A DNA stretch of 64,000 nt from NCBI GenBank assembly GCA_964106645.2, contig OZ067043.1; one strand, 5' to 3'. Under the pieces are notes generated by a model that was not told where the DNA came from, did no database searches, and worked only from the letters and a program-made list of their open reading frames with translations. Below, in pieces: positions 35,019 through 47,099 of this stretch. Every line of letters starts with the position of its first letter. The stretch's first letter is position 1. Source of the DNA: Podarcis pityusensis (Eukaryota). The position numbers and the translations under genes are program-made.

Positions 35019-38000
35019 CTAAAAGAGAATGTATTACAATATAAATATATATATTTAAAATCATTTTGAACAAAAATAAAACAAAATACAATTTTGAACA
35101 GTATATATGAAAAAGAATCTATTAAAACCATTACCCTAGCCCAGAAAGACATAAAACCTCTAATTAGAGCTAAAACTACTTATTAGAGCTTATTATTCCA
35201 AAACAAATATGACTGGAATTCTCTTTTAAATGTTTGTTGGGTGACTCATTTATATACTCTCCCTGCCCAGAACCCAAGAATGTTTACAGGCAGTCACCCA
35301 TCCAGGCACTAACCAGACTGAGACCTGCTTAGTTTCAGTCAGGTGGTGGGCGCATGAATCTTTAGGTGCAGCTGGGACTTAGAAGCAAACAAAAGCCACA
35401 AGATTCCTACATGAGAATATGCAGTAGCATGTATAAATTGTTGTAACACTGCTGACATTTTCTGAAGTTTCAACAGTAGGGTGGAAATCACACTACCTTT
35501 ACATGTGAATACTGACACATATATTTCCACAAACATCTGTGTTTAGGAAATTCAGAAACACTGTTTTGTGTTTAAAAGAACCAGCTCTTCAAGTGTCAAG
35601 CACAATCAAATGTTTTTACTAAGCAACAGTTTCAGCAACCATTTAAGGCTATTTAGGAAGTAAATACATAGTGCCAAAATAATCTGGAAACATTCCCTTT
35701 GGTAAACATCCTTCTCATCCTCAACTTTCTTTAATTTAATATAAAAGCTGACCCAACTAAAAATCCGATCTTTGCATTAAAATGTTTAATTGGCGGGTGT
35801 TTACAATTCATCCCAGAAACCTCACAAATTCATTTATACCTATGATGGCAACATGGAATTTCAAGCACACTGTTGTAATGGATTAAGTTCAGTATTATAT
35901 AAGATAGGCTCATAATTTCAGTTACCCCTCCCATGCTGTGAAATTATGTTCTAGCAGTTTTAATGTCATATCAGTTTTACCTAAGTGCTAACATCGCTGA
36001 ACAGGGAAGCTGAGAGGAGCCTGAATGGGGAGATTTAAATCAAGGAGTTTAATGTCTGTACTTCTGTATTGTATAAAACTTCCACAAACATGTACTTCTT
36101 CCTTTGTAATGCCAAACTGAGAAAAGTGTTAATACATGAAATTATTCTGCCAAAACTCCTCTTGAATCCATGAGTATTTTATTTCTGGCGTACAATAATT
36201 TTAAACCTTGAAAGTTATTTTTAATCATTAGCTGGCCAGGTACAAAACTCATCTATTCTAAGCCCCACTGCTAAAAAAAAACCAAACCCCACTTCCTGTA
36301 TTTTAAGCCAGAGAACTGTAATCACAGGCAGTTAACGTCCAAAAATTAATAACATACCTTCCAAGTGTCAAAAACAGAGTGGAAATGTCTATAACTATGC
36401 TTCATAGCAACTTAATTTTTTGGCCCTGAAGTTTAAGTTCTATCTGCCACCCCAGGATTCCTTACAGCTATACCTACCCTACTCGTATTACACCTCTATG
36501 TTTTATGATATTGTGGTTCAAGAAGAGGTGTGGAATTTGAGGGTAGAGCAAATCCCTTCAAATGAATGGAAGTTGTTTCTATTTTAGCTGTAAGTCCCTG
36601 TCAGGAAAAAAGGCAAAGTATCTATATTAAAATAATAATATTATAATACGTTGTTTGTCTTTAAAATTTTAACAACATGGGTGGACCTGGTTGGTTTTTG
36701 AACTTATTTTCTGGGTTCTGGGGGGCTGTACAGGAGCAGATCATATGAACGAAAGTTTGGTTCCAGGAAGCCATGATTATTATTATGCCTAGGTCAAATA
36801 TTTTAAGGAGAAAGCATAATTGGATACAGGGATAATTCTTCCTACAATTCTAACTTTGAGATAAACACAGTGATGGGCCCTATATCTTCCTCTGAAGATG
36901 TGTGTCTGGATGGTTGACAGCTCTCTGATAGCACACCAACGGGACTGCAGATGAGCAAATTATGGTTCTCCCAATTCTAATTAAAAACAAGGAAACAGAG
37001 AGGATTTATCACTGTGATCCGTTCAAACCTGTGCTGGAACAATAGAGATTTTTTTGTTTAATTGGGACTGGAATAAAATATTACTTTCATCTATTTCTGT
37101 TTTGGGGTAGCTTTTGATTGTACAAGTTTCCTGTTCAGAGTTTAAGAGTTACCTATTTCTCTGTTAATTAAACCAGGAAGCAACTGTTCAAGGAAAAGTG
37201 CCCCAGTTACAAACTATGGCATGAAAGGGGAGTGTAAGATATGAACTGGGTACTCAAGTTTGTGGTGAGTGAAGTCTTCACCCGTTTTCCACTAATTGCC
37301 CGGCTGTGTGCCTTTGTACTATATGCTTGTTACATTACAAGATTATTTTTATGTTAACGAATATTTTCTTCCCTGTTTAGAGATAGAAGCCTTTGTTTGG
37401 GGCAATTAGTTTGAGAAAGGAGAGTACAATCTTGGCTAGGAACCAGGTGGTTTCAAGGATCTTCTTCCAGGCTTGGGCAGAATTTATAACATAGTTCTGA
37501 TAAGGAAAGCTGAAAGACTCAGAGCTGAAAGTAAAGGAAGAGGCACAAATTTTAAATATTGGGTCAAGGCCTAAAGTAATTAAAGAGTAATTTTAATGAG
37601 CAAAGTATTCGGATTGTGTCAGATGATTTGAAATGAGAGGGGCTCTATATTAGTGAAACTCATACAGAAGTGGACTTTACCAAGGAGGGGGCTTCTTTCT
37701 CTCTCCTGATATTTTCTTACATTTAACTTAATTGGCATCTCCCTCCTCAACAGCACATTCCCTGAAGGCATGCTAGCTTGGTGGTGTGGGGAGATGGAGA
37801 GTAGGTTGTCTGTTTGCTAAGACGAGGAAACGTGCTTCCAGGAGTAGCTTCATAGTTTTTCTAGGATTTTTCCTTTTACATTCTATTTTTTATTTCCCCT
37901 AAACCTTATGATTTATTTTAGCTAAATATTTCCAACAGAAACCAGTAGCCCTTACCATAGCAATTCTTGTAGATATAAACCTTTGCTTAATATTTTCCAA

Positions 38001-40150
38001 ATTTAAAGTCATTTATTTACTCATTATTCCGTAAAGCCCTTAATTCTATCTCAATATTTGGGAAACACATATCTATGTATCATACATTTAATTTACTTGC
38101 TTTAAAATCTTAAGTAACTTTTTGTATATTGTTTCAGAATACCTTTATAATAAAGTGAAACTTTCCTACTGTTTTTGAGTTAGCTAGACTGCAGGGAGGG
38201 TGTTAAGGTAACTGCTTTCTTATATTTCATTTTTCATTTATAATTTCTTGTTTTATCTCACATAGTTAATACAAACACTTCCTATTTCTTCTCTTCAGCA
38301 TTTGTAGTAGCCCCATTATTACATCTATTGTAGTATGATCACTTTTATGTAACTTTCTGTTTATTCATCTCATGCTTTCGCCATTTTAAATGGATATTTA
38401 CAATTTCTCACAATGTGCCAGTTATTTAGTCTTAATACATTTTAAAATTTACTTTCTTTTTGTGTGGTTCTGGCTCTTCAGTCACATAGAAATATGCTCG
38501 GTGGAGCATATTAATACAGATTGAATATAGAACCTGTTACTCATACTTGCTATTACATGTCGACCAAGAGAGCATGATGTCAAGAAATAGTGAACATCAG
38601 TCAGATAGGTAAAGGTTAAGTCAACATTTTTAGCCGGCTGTTCAAGCTGAAATACATGGAGGCTAAATCAGCTCATATGATTTGGCAGTGCTTGGTTTAG
38701 ATCACATAGCAAAACATGCATTTTGAAACTAGCAGATACTGTGGCTTTATCTTTGTGGTTCTCAACTATATACAGACAACTCCCCATTTATGCAGGGGTT
38801 GCATTCCAAGGCACTGTGCGTGTTGGCGGGATGCAAGTAAGTCCGCCCTACCCCCTTCCAGTGCTGAAAATGGTGTGCGCACCAGCAGTCACGCATGGCT
38901 TGAATGTGTGTAAATGGGGAGTTGCCTGTATGTAACATAGGTTATAAGTAAAAATTAGGTGGCATGGGTCTATAAGCTGACTAATACTACAACAATGGAA
39001 AGCAAAGTCCTCCCAATTATGGAAGATTTGCCTCAGAACATAACAATCTGAATATGTAGTCTTTAATAAATAAAAGAAATCTGAAATCTAGGAACCTCTC
39101 TCACACACTTTTCTGGACTGCCAAGCCTCATATATTTTATTAGTGTTTTCCCCTCCTCTGCACCCGCCTCCCACATGATTTCACTTTTCCCAGCAGTGAC
39201 TAAGGTATGGAAAAATTGTGTTCCAGGGGCCTCTTTCAGAAATGATACAAATATTTCATTGTTATATAACTCCTACTATTCAAAAATAATTAAATGTTAA
39301 TAAACTAGAGCTGCTGGAATAAAAAAAAAAATGTAAAACATATTCTTTAAAAAACAGAACAGCCCTATAGCAAACTGCTTTTGAAACTGAGGAAAGTTTT
39401 AAAAGCAGTTATTGACATGGCATGGGAATCAGCTGTTCAAATGGGGGAAAGGAGAATTCTGCTGGGCTAGCACAAGTCCCTTGCGGAAATCTAAGTAGCT
39501 TTTTGGATCCTAGCCAATGTCTTTTATTCTGATGTTGCAAGCTTACCTGCATTGAAATCAGAATGAAGTCTATTAAACTACCGATTCCACAAAATCCTAC
39601 TGTGCAGAACTTTAATAAACCTGTGAATTAAGTGACAATCATACATTGAAGAGCATAAAAAGGTTTAGAGTGTTAGTTTTTAGACGACGATATATTTTCC
39701 TTCATAAAACATCTTTCAATTCCTTAGAAGCCCTTGAGTGTTATCCTGAAGAAGAATATGTGTAGCCAAGAAGTCACTTTTCAGTGCTTACTTTACACAT
39801 ACACCCCCCCCCCCCAAATAGAATTTTTGTAGGGAGAGGTGTGGCTTTGACTGGTACACTACAATTAGCAAAATACGGTGGGTAACTTGGAATGGCCACA
39901 AACAAACACAGGGTGATCTCCAACTAAGTAAAGAGTTAGACCCATTGAAATCAATAGACTTAAGTGACTTAAATTCATTGATGTTAATTGGTCTACTCCA
40001 AGTATGACAGTAGATATCACCCCCAGGCTGTAAATTTAGACAGCTACATGTAAATGACTTCAGTACAGAAAGTATAAGGGGGAAAGAAAACCCTCTAAAC
40101 TAGCCGCTCTGAGCCCGGCCTTGGCTGGGGAGGGCGGGGTATAAATAAAA

Positions 40151-40194
<44 letters not shown>

Positions 40195-43100
40195 ACTGAT
40201 TGGTAGGGACTTGCTCCCTGATATTATGGAAGATGGCCGTTGAGAATTTTATATTTATCTAATGCTAGGAGTCCGTTTGATGCTATGGCCAGGTCCCTGT
40301 CCAAACAGCTTCCAATCCAAGACAAAAGTGATTAAAAAAAAGAACAGTGTTAATATAGTAGCAATGTTGTAGCAATTTAGGAAAGATTTGGAACAAACTA
40401 CATTTGCTTACATGGGAGAGCAGAATGTTTGTAAGCATTGTAATAATACACTGGAGTCCCAGAACTGTATATTTGTCTAACATGAAGAAGAATGACAGAC
40501 TTAATGGGTTGTTATTCCATTGGGAAAAACCAAAATGACACTCTATAATCTGAATGGGTTTCACTCCAAATGGGTACATGAGGATTGCTACACTTATAAA
40601 AATATGGGCAAATAAATAATTAAAACATCTTTAGCCAAGCATATAAAAGCACAGGCACCACTCCTGCCAACAGTGTCTCAAAACAGCAAGGCCAGCTACT
40701 ACCAAAATATTTACTGGCAACAGGGAAAAAATGCAAAAATAACAGAAAAGCAATATGTGCCAATTCTTTAAAAGATACTTGTCTTCTACCTCTATAGCAT
40801 TTTCTGCTGAGGCAACAGTCAGGGAAGTCTTCCTGTAGAGCTGCTTGCATTTTAGGGACCTGACAGGCGCCTTATATGCCCAAGTACTGATGTCTGGCAG
40901 TACATTTCATGCCAAGACGGAAAAGCTTTTCTAATGTGGAGTCATTTTGTGAAGACAAAAACCATGATAAAATGGCTCTAAGAGATTTTTTTATGATTCC
41001 ACACAAGTTAATATCTCTGAAATGTCTACTAACCTATTTTCTAAGCCTATGATATTCACATGTGAATGAATTCTCTTTTTAAAAAAACGTTTCTTGGACT
41101 GGTAGATATTTTCCTAGACCCTTCTCAGTTTTGTTGTGTATGTTTGATAGGGTGCTGCCAATCATTTTGATTGCTGGTATCAGTTGGGACAACACTGATT
41201 TATCCTGACTTCATCTCAAGCCATGAAGAATCCTAGAAGGAACAAACACAAACACACTTGCTTCATCAACTCCTTTTAACTCCTTGACCTTAGTGAAGCA
41301 TATGAGTGGGTGTTGTCAATCACACTGGCTGTTTTTGTTGTCTTTTACCCTGATTCTTTTCAAAAGTCCTATTTATTTGGATAAATGAGTATACAACCAT
41401 AGCCTCAACACACTAAACTCAGCAAGCATGCATAGTATCAGGCAGCTTGTTATACTAAAACCATGATTATTTTTTTACCACGTTATGAATGTTTTCAGAC
41501 AAAGCCTAAGCCAAATGACTTCTACCAGATCACATTGAGGATCAAATACCACCTCATATTTCTTAGTAACTACAGTATTAAGACTGTGGCATACTCTAAT
41601 TTTACAGGGTATACAGCCAAGAAGGGTATTGAAATGACAAAAGTAGTTTAAATTTGGGAGCAGGGAAGAAAGGAGAGAAGAAAGAGGATATTTAAAGCTA
41701 TGTGATTAGTGTAGATCCCTATGAGGATTATAGGCAAGATTGAGGGGCATATCATGTGAGTAAGTTTTCAGTGTGGTCAAGGGCAGGCCAGACTAAGGGG
41801 CTAATGCCTGACTGAGAATTCTCTTAAGAAAGGCTGCTGAGGGCAAGAGGAAAAAGCCGAAGCATTTATTAAGTTCTCTTTTTGCTCTTTGATACACAGA
41901 TGCCTAGGAAGCAGGCACGGCTTGTAAACATGGAATTCAATGGAGAAGCTTCACAATATGATCTGAAATGGCAGGCTTGTGAAAAATATTTACTTTTAAA
42001 ATACGGTGGTTGATTTGACTAGCCTACCAACTGAGTTTTAATGCTTATTCATCATATACATGGGATAAATTTAGGTCACAAATTGTACTTATCATTACTT
42101 CACATTCTAGCTGTGATCAAAAATACACATACATCATAATCTTCAGTGTAATCATCTTTGTTTACAGTATGAATGGCACCTGCTCTTAATACTGCCGTGA
42201 TGCATAGTGAGCCATAGTGGTGGCCTAATACTAAGAAGATAAATCACTCACCTAATGCAGGATACCCTAGATAAAACCTATCTGCTCCCAGCCATCCAAG
42301 AAATAAAGACAGAGCCACTGCTACTTTGTAGGAGTAACCATTTCTAGAAACAGGAGAGAAATGTGGATGAAAACAATTTGTTAAATCAAACCACCTTGCC
42401 CCAGTGAGCAATCTGGCCGCTGAATTCTGAACCAGCTGAAGTTTCCAAGCTGTCCTCAGAGGCAGCCCCCCCCCCCCCAATATAAAATGTTGCAGTAATC
42501 TAGCCTATATGTTTTCAGAGCATAGACAACAGAAGTTAGGCTACCTCTACCAAGATAAGGGTGCATTTGGGCCAGCAGCCAAAGCTGATGGAAGGCACTC
42601 CATGCCACTGAGGTCACCTGAGCCTCAAGGAACAGCAATGGAAGCTGTTCTACCTGCTCCTTCAGAGAGAGAGTAACCCCATCAAGAGCAGGCAACCTCT
42701 CATACATCCAGTCTAAGGAGTCACCCATTTAGTAGTGTCTAGGTCTCTGGATTGAGCTCATTTCTTGGCTCTCATCCAGTCCATTAACAAGGCAAGACCT
42801 TAGTCCAGGACATCCACTGCCACACCTGCAAATGTAATGGAGAAGTAGAGCTGTGGGTTCTTAGCATATTGCTCACAACATACTCCAAACCTCTGGACGA
42901 CCCCACTCAGTAGTTTCATGTATACATTAAAACAGCATGGGGGATAAAATCAAACCCTAAGGACCGCAAAATGAAGCATCCACAGAGCCAAACAACGCTC
43001 CCCAAGCATCACCCTCTGAGAACAACCATCCAAGTAGGACTGGAACCACCACAAAGCAGTGCCACCCACCCACAACGTAGACAGCCACTCCAGAAGGATA

Positions 43101-45587
43101 CCATGGTTGATGGTATTGAAAGTTGCTGAGAAGTAAAGGAGAATTAACAGGGACATATTTTCCCTGTCTCTCCCCTGACAGAGGTAATCATACAAGGCGA
43201 CCCAAGCAGTTTCTGTGCCAAAACTGGGCCTGAATCTCTTAGATGTGAAGCAGTTTTACTACAATTTCTTAAAACTGACGTTTAACTCCTCTACAATCTC
43301 CTGTCATAGAGCTGAGAAGGAAGAGGGCTAAATCACACTTCAGACAATGAGGTGGCTGAAGTATATGAACAATTTTATAATTAATTTAGCCAAGCTTTAC
43401 AACAAGTGGTGGCATTATATATTGAACAAAAATATTCACTTACACGTTTCGACACTCTATAGGCTTGTAAAATCCAATTTCCTTTCCAGTAAATTGGGTT
43501 TCATTCCCAAATAAATTCTTGCAAGTAATATTGGGTGCTGGAAGACAGGCGACTGCAGGCAAAAAAAAAAAAAGCATTCTGCACTAAACTCCAGGGAAAG
43601 GCCTCAAATACAGAACAAGTGAAATAAATATATGCATGTTTTTATCAAGACAGCTAATACTACACATAGAAGAATGCAACTGTACTACAGATTTAATATA
43701 AAATATTTTCTCGAAAAAGTGGAAATATACAAGTTAAGTTTTCTGAATTAACATTATAAAGTAATGACTAGGATGATAAAATAGTTGAACAAATTTCTTT
43801 GCACCTATGACACTTAGCTATGCTAAACAAAATATATATGACAAGACCGTGAAGTACAAATTAACATAGACTATCAAGGTGCATAGAAGGTTGTGGACCA
43901 AAGATGTTCACATACCAAGGTAAATAAATACACCAATTATGCATTCAATTATAAATTGTGCCATACACAGTGTTACTGATCACCACTATACATTATCAAT
44001 ATTGGGTGCAGGAACTAGTGTTTATCATGAACAGCATTTAGTCAAATAATATGCACCAGTAGCTAGACTAAAAGCATTCTATTGCCATACTCCTTACCAT
44101 ATGCAGTGTGATTTGTACAGTTCAAAGGTTCTTGTGTTTCATTGTCTATTTTAGGATCTTCACAAATATATGTTTGAATAATTAAGGAAAACAAATATAA
44201 ACTGAACTCCCATGTTAAGTGTTCAACAATAACAACACAGTAAATTACGATAAATTGTTTTTATCTGCCTAAGATTTTACAGGCGGAAGTGGCCTGTTTT
44301 CCTTCTTATTACCAATATTTTGGGTATATAAACGTATAAACTTTGTATTTGAAAAACAAAGTGCTTAACTAGGCTTTACAAGAGACACACTGTTTCCTGG
44401 TATTTATCTATCTCTTCCTAATAATGTGAGACAAACAAAATGGAAGAGATCAGACAATCATAAAATGGTTTAAATAAGCCAAAATCTGAGGAAGATTTTT
44501 GCTTGTACCCAGACAGCCCTTTGTATGAACTATAATTAAACCTATTCAGTATAGTTTCCCATTTTATCCAATCTAGGAAATGACAGTTAGCAGTTTCATA
44601 ACAAATTAATATGCTATTAAACTATGGTTTAAAAATGTTATTTAAAACATAGTTTAATATCCTGGCTTTCTTGCTCTGCTAAAACAATTAAATGTTGTAC
44701 TTTTATCCACAACAAAATATGACCCAGGGCCTCAGACAGGCAGCCCATTTATTTAGAACAGGTGTGGGGAACCTGTGGATCTCTAGATGTTTGTAGACTA
44801 CAACTTCCATTATCCCTGACCACTGGCTGTGCTGGCTGAGGCTAACAGGAGTTGGAGTCCAATAACATCTGAAGAGCCAAACTCTCCATTCTTGAACTAG
44901 ACTTTTTTCTGCTTAATTTTATTAGCATTCCTTTAGTCCAACACATCACAGATTCAAATAAAGTGGTTGTACTACATGTTACCCCAAAACCATTTCAAAG
45001 ACATATTAGCACAACGACAGACAAAAGAGGAGTCACTACTCTTAGCCCTTCCCCTACTTAGGGGTCCTTTACCTTTTACTTAGGTTAAATATTTTTTCTA
45101 CACCTGTTCACTGCCTGATGTCAGATAGCCTTGCTTGATGAGGTCAATTCATGAGGTTTAAACATATATTTCCCCCCATATCTTGCCACTTTGCAGCTGC
45201 CACTTTTTTGTGTATGGCAGAGCTACTGTGCCCCTTAAGACTACAAAAGATTCAACAGGTGTAGCTTCTGCCCAGCATGCAGCTGCAGTGGTGCGAAGGC
45301 CTCCTCGGGTGTTTTAAATCACAGGAGCTCTGACGGGAAAAGGGGCAGCCCCACGGCCCTCCCCAACCCATTGCAAGGCCCATCACCATGGCAACCAGGC
45401 GCTGCCTCCGCGCAGCTTCAGGATATTGGCCGACTCTCAGGTCTTCGCACTTCAGAGAAGGGTCGCCGCCCGCCGCGCCCTGCGCCGCGAGACAAGCCAA
45501 GCACAAGGTTCCCAAGGACCAGAGCACGATCACGCCGCCTTTTTTCCTCTTGTTCCCTGACAGCGGCATCTCCTGCCAGGCGGCCAT
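34908..45587 (-). CDS. TM2D1: TM2 domain-containing protein 1 (beta-amyloid binding protein), complete spliced CDS: join(45427..45587,44098..44171,43444..43552,42252..42343,39547..39620,34908..35018), 206 aa
   Basis: Exon lengths 161+74+109+92+74+111 = 621 nt keep one open frame from ATG to TAA. Translation: MAAWQEM...LKCEDLRVGQYICEDPKIDNETQEPLNCTNHTAYVACLPAPNITCKNLFGNETQFTGKEIGFYKPIECRNVNGYSYKVAVALSLFLGWLGADRFYLGYPALGLLKFCTVGFCGIGSLIDFILISMQIVGPSDGSSYIIDYYGARLTRLSISNETFRKPQIYP*. It contains the TM2 domain with the DRF motif and closely resembles mammalian TM2D1. The head-to-head arrangement with PATJ matches known synteny. Confidence 0.97.
35287..35337 (-). mobile_element. 5S rRNA-derived fragment (SINE3-type head or 5S pseudogene)
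   Basis: + strand caggcagtcacccatccaggcactaaccagactgagacctgcttagtttc resembles the reverse complement of the 5S internal control region. Too partial and diverged for a functional 5S gene. Confidence 0.6.
38773..38928. mobile_element. Tigger-like MITE, 156 bp, TA TSD
   Basis: TA|CAGACAACTCCCCATTTA...TAAATGGGGAGTTGCCTG|TA (17/18 TIR). Confidence 0.85.
39547..39620 (-). CDS. TM2D1: TM2D1 coding exon 5 (GLLKFCTVGFCGIGSLIDFILISMQ)
   Basis: Acceptor ttcacag. Donor CAG|GTAAGC. 74 nt. Encodes the second TM2 helix. Confidence 0.97.
39910..40025. repeat. Palindromic CCCATTGAAATCAAT-type interspersed repeat; relatives at 46557-46648, 49176-49267, 57210-57352
   Basis: Imperfect hairpins with a shared core (gacccattgaaatcaat / attgatttcaatgggtc) recur several times. 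Confidence 0.6.
40101..40192 (+). mobile_element. Short LINE (L2-like) 3' end with (ATT)n tail
   Basis: ccgctctgagccc...ggggagggcggggtataaataaaa(att)n. TAAACT on both flanks. Confidence 0.65.
42252..42343 (-). CDS. TM2D1: TM2D1 coding exon 4 (NGYSYKVAVALSLFLGWLGADRFYLGYPAL; TM2 domain)
   Basis: Acceptor ttctctcctgtttctag. Donor G|GTGAGT. 92 nt. DRFYLG motif. Confidence 0.97.
42385..43235 (-). mobile_element. L2 LINE ORF2 (RT) fragment in TM2D1 intron 3, frameshifted
   Basis: FRPSFGTETAWVAL, LILLYFSATFNTINHGILL, GGTALWWFQSYL, RLDYCNILY.GLPLRTAWKLQLVQNSAARLLTG. Confidence 0.88.
43444..43552 (-). CDS. TM2D1: TM2D1 coding exon 3 (VACLPAPNITCK...PIECRNV)
   Basis: Poly-T tract then CTGCAG acceptor. 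Donor GT|GTAAGT. 109 nt. Confidence 0.96.
44098..44171 (-). CDS. TM2D1: TM2D1 coding exon 2 (YICEDPKIDNETQEPLNCTNHTAY)
   Basis: AC acceptor preceded by a TTCCTTAAT branch box. Donor G|GTAAGG. 74 nt, phases match both neighbours. Confidence 0.95.
44172..45426 (-). other. TM2D1: U12-type (minor spliceosome) AT-AC intron, TM2D1 intron 1, 1255 nt
   Basis: 5' end ATATCCTG, branch box TTCCTTAAT at 44189-44181, 3' end CAAAC. This junction restores the conserved VGQYIC peptide. Confidence 0.93.
44759..44894. mobile_element. hAT-type palindromic MITE in TM2D1 intron 1
   Basis: CAGG start. GACTACAACTTCC / GGAGTTGGAGTC inverted core. Confidence 0.7.
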
Positions 45588-45980
45588 GTTGGAAAACGAG
45601 CCCCCTGGTCAGCTGACGTTTTCGCCCTATCTAGTAGCGTCGACGCCTCTCCCAAAGGGCCAGCGGGCCTCGAAATGGGGCGGAAGAAGCGACGCTGTTC
45701 TTCCGGGGAAGCCTTCATTTTCCCATAGCAAAGATGGCTCCCGTTCCTTATAATTTCCAATGCGGTCGAAGGCAGAAAGCGCCCGCTTTCCTCCCCGGTA
45801 AACAGACAGGCGGCGAAATGGGAAGCCGGGTGCCTTTTGGAAAGATGGGTGCTTTCCTAACAAAGCTGCGAGAGGAAGCTCGGCTGCCCTTACTTAAGAT
45901 GGATCCTTTTGAAGCGCGGAAACTTGACTGAAGTGTTCAGCCCCGTCCCAATCGCAAAACGAAAGCGCGTGCGTGTCAGA
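45290..45980. promoter_or_regulatory. CpG island / TM2D1 promoter
   Basis: High GC and CpG density around the ATG. Motif matches: E2F-like TTTCCGCGC (- strand, 45922-45914), ETS-like CGGAAG/CTTCCGG, YY1-like AAGATGGC (~45732), CCAAT boxes, GC box. Confidence 0.85.
45427..45587 (-). CDS. TM2D1: TM2D1 coding exon 1 (signal-peptide region to LKCEDLRVG)
   Basis: ATG in strong context (ccaacATGG) inside a CpG island. Hydrophobic stretch VIVLWSLGTLCLACLAA. Ends at the U12 donor CA|ATATCCTG. Confidence 0.95.
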
Positions 45981-46071
45981 GGTTGATAGGATCATAAAAT
46001 AAAGCCAAGCTCACAAATTAATGCCTGTATCGTGTTATTTATTCAACTTATATCCCACCCTTCCTCCCGAA

Positions 46072-46210
46072 CAGGGTTTCCCAAACTTGGGTCGCAAGCT
46101 GGTTTTTTTTGACTACAACTCCCATCATCGCTGATCGCTGGTCCTGCTAGCTAGGGATGATGGGAGTTGTAGTCCAAAAAACAGCTGGAGACTCAGTTTA
46201 GGAAACCCTG
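46072..46210. mobile_element. hAT MITE, 139 bp, perfect 8-bp TSD, between the two promoters
   Basis: CTCCCGAA|CAGGGTTTCCCAAACT...AGTTTAGGAAACCCTG|CTCCCGAA. Nearly palindromic. Confidence 0.9.
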
Positions 46211-46679
46211 CTCCCGAAGAAGCCCAGGGAGGCATAGAATCCCTTCCGATCTCGTTGATAGATTCCTCTCGCATCAATCCACAGTCGCAACCTCTAAAGG
46301 CTGCATATTAAAAAAAAGCTAACGAGGCTCCGGGGTCATTTATCGAAATTAAGTAGTTTCACATGTACACACAAAATGGATATTTGTACTGTATATCATA
46401 ATAACGAAAAGCTTCACCTGCTGAAAATTTCTGTTAGGTATTTTTTAGGTCCAAAGGGGTGAAGAAGTTCACTGGCAACAGGGATTGGTAAGCATGTATT
46501 TAAATGTTTTAAGCTAATTTTATAGAATAATAGAGAAGAATATTGTGTGGTAACTAAGGCTGCAATCCTAACCATGTCTATTCAGAAGTATGCCCTACTG
46601 AATTCAATGGGGCTTTCTCAAAGGTAAGTAAATTTAGGATTGCAACCCCACTTCCCTGCTCCTGGATTCACTGCCACTG

Positions 46680-46790
46680 GAGGCTCAGGTGCTACGGACC
46701 CTTTTAGACCGAGATGACTTGCCACCGTACTCCATGCTCTACCGGATTGGATTGTGGCCGTGTGCTCTACCTGGGGCTGCCCTGGTGAAG
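46680..46790 (+). mobile_element. Short L2 ORF2 fragment
   Basis: LRTLLDRDDLP..HAL.RLDCGRVLYLGLP-like remnant. Confidence 0.5.
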
Positions 46791-47099
46791 GACGGGTAAT
46801 AACAGCGAAACAATACTTTGCTAAGAAGATTCTTATAACTAACGTGAACTATCCTGGAGTTGAGAATGCATCTCTGAGACACTTGGCTGCCTGAAACTTC
46901 ATTATTTCCTGTCCGTTTAGGAAAAGTTTAAAAACTATTTATCCCGAGTTCTAACAATAAGTAAAAGCCAAATATGACTTGTGTTTGGGTTTTTTTCAAC
47001 TTAAAAAACCCATAAGCTGACTCATGATTTCTTCATGCTTGGGGTTGAGCATGTTGCTGGTTTCATAAACAGCTACTGCTAAACCAGCTGGATTCTCTC

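Noticed and set aside
35287-35337. Functional 5S rRNA gene
   Set aside because: Only ~50 nt, diverged, and both ends of 5S are missing.
36660-38220. Possible ancient LTR/ERV remnant in TM2D1 intron 5
   Set aside because: Only a compositional impression plus an AATAAA. No termini, TSD or coding motif identified.
45252-45587. 111-aa single-exon ORF as a standalone gene
   Set aside because: It is TM2D1 exon 1 read through into the AT-AC intron. Homology stops at VGQY.
45371-45931. Overlapping ORFs on both strands in the TM2D1 CpG island (also 46996-47718 and 47929-48960)
   Set aside because: Stop-codon scarcity in GC-rich DNA. No protein-like features.
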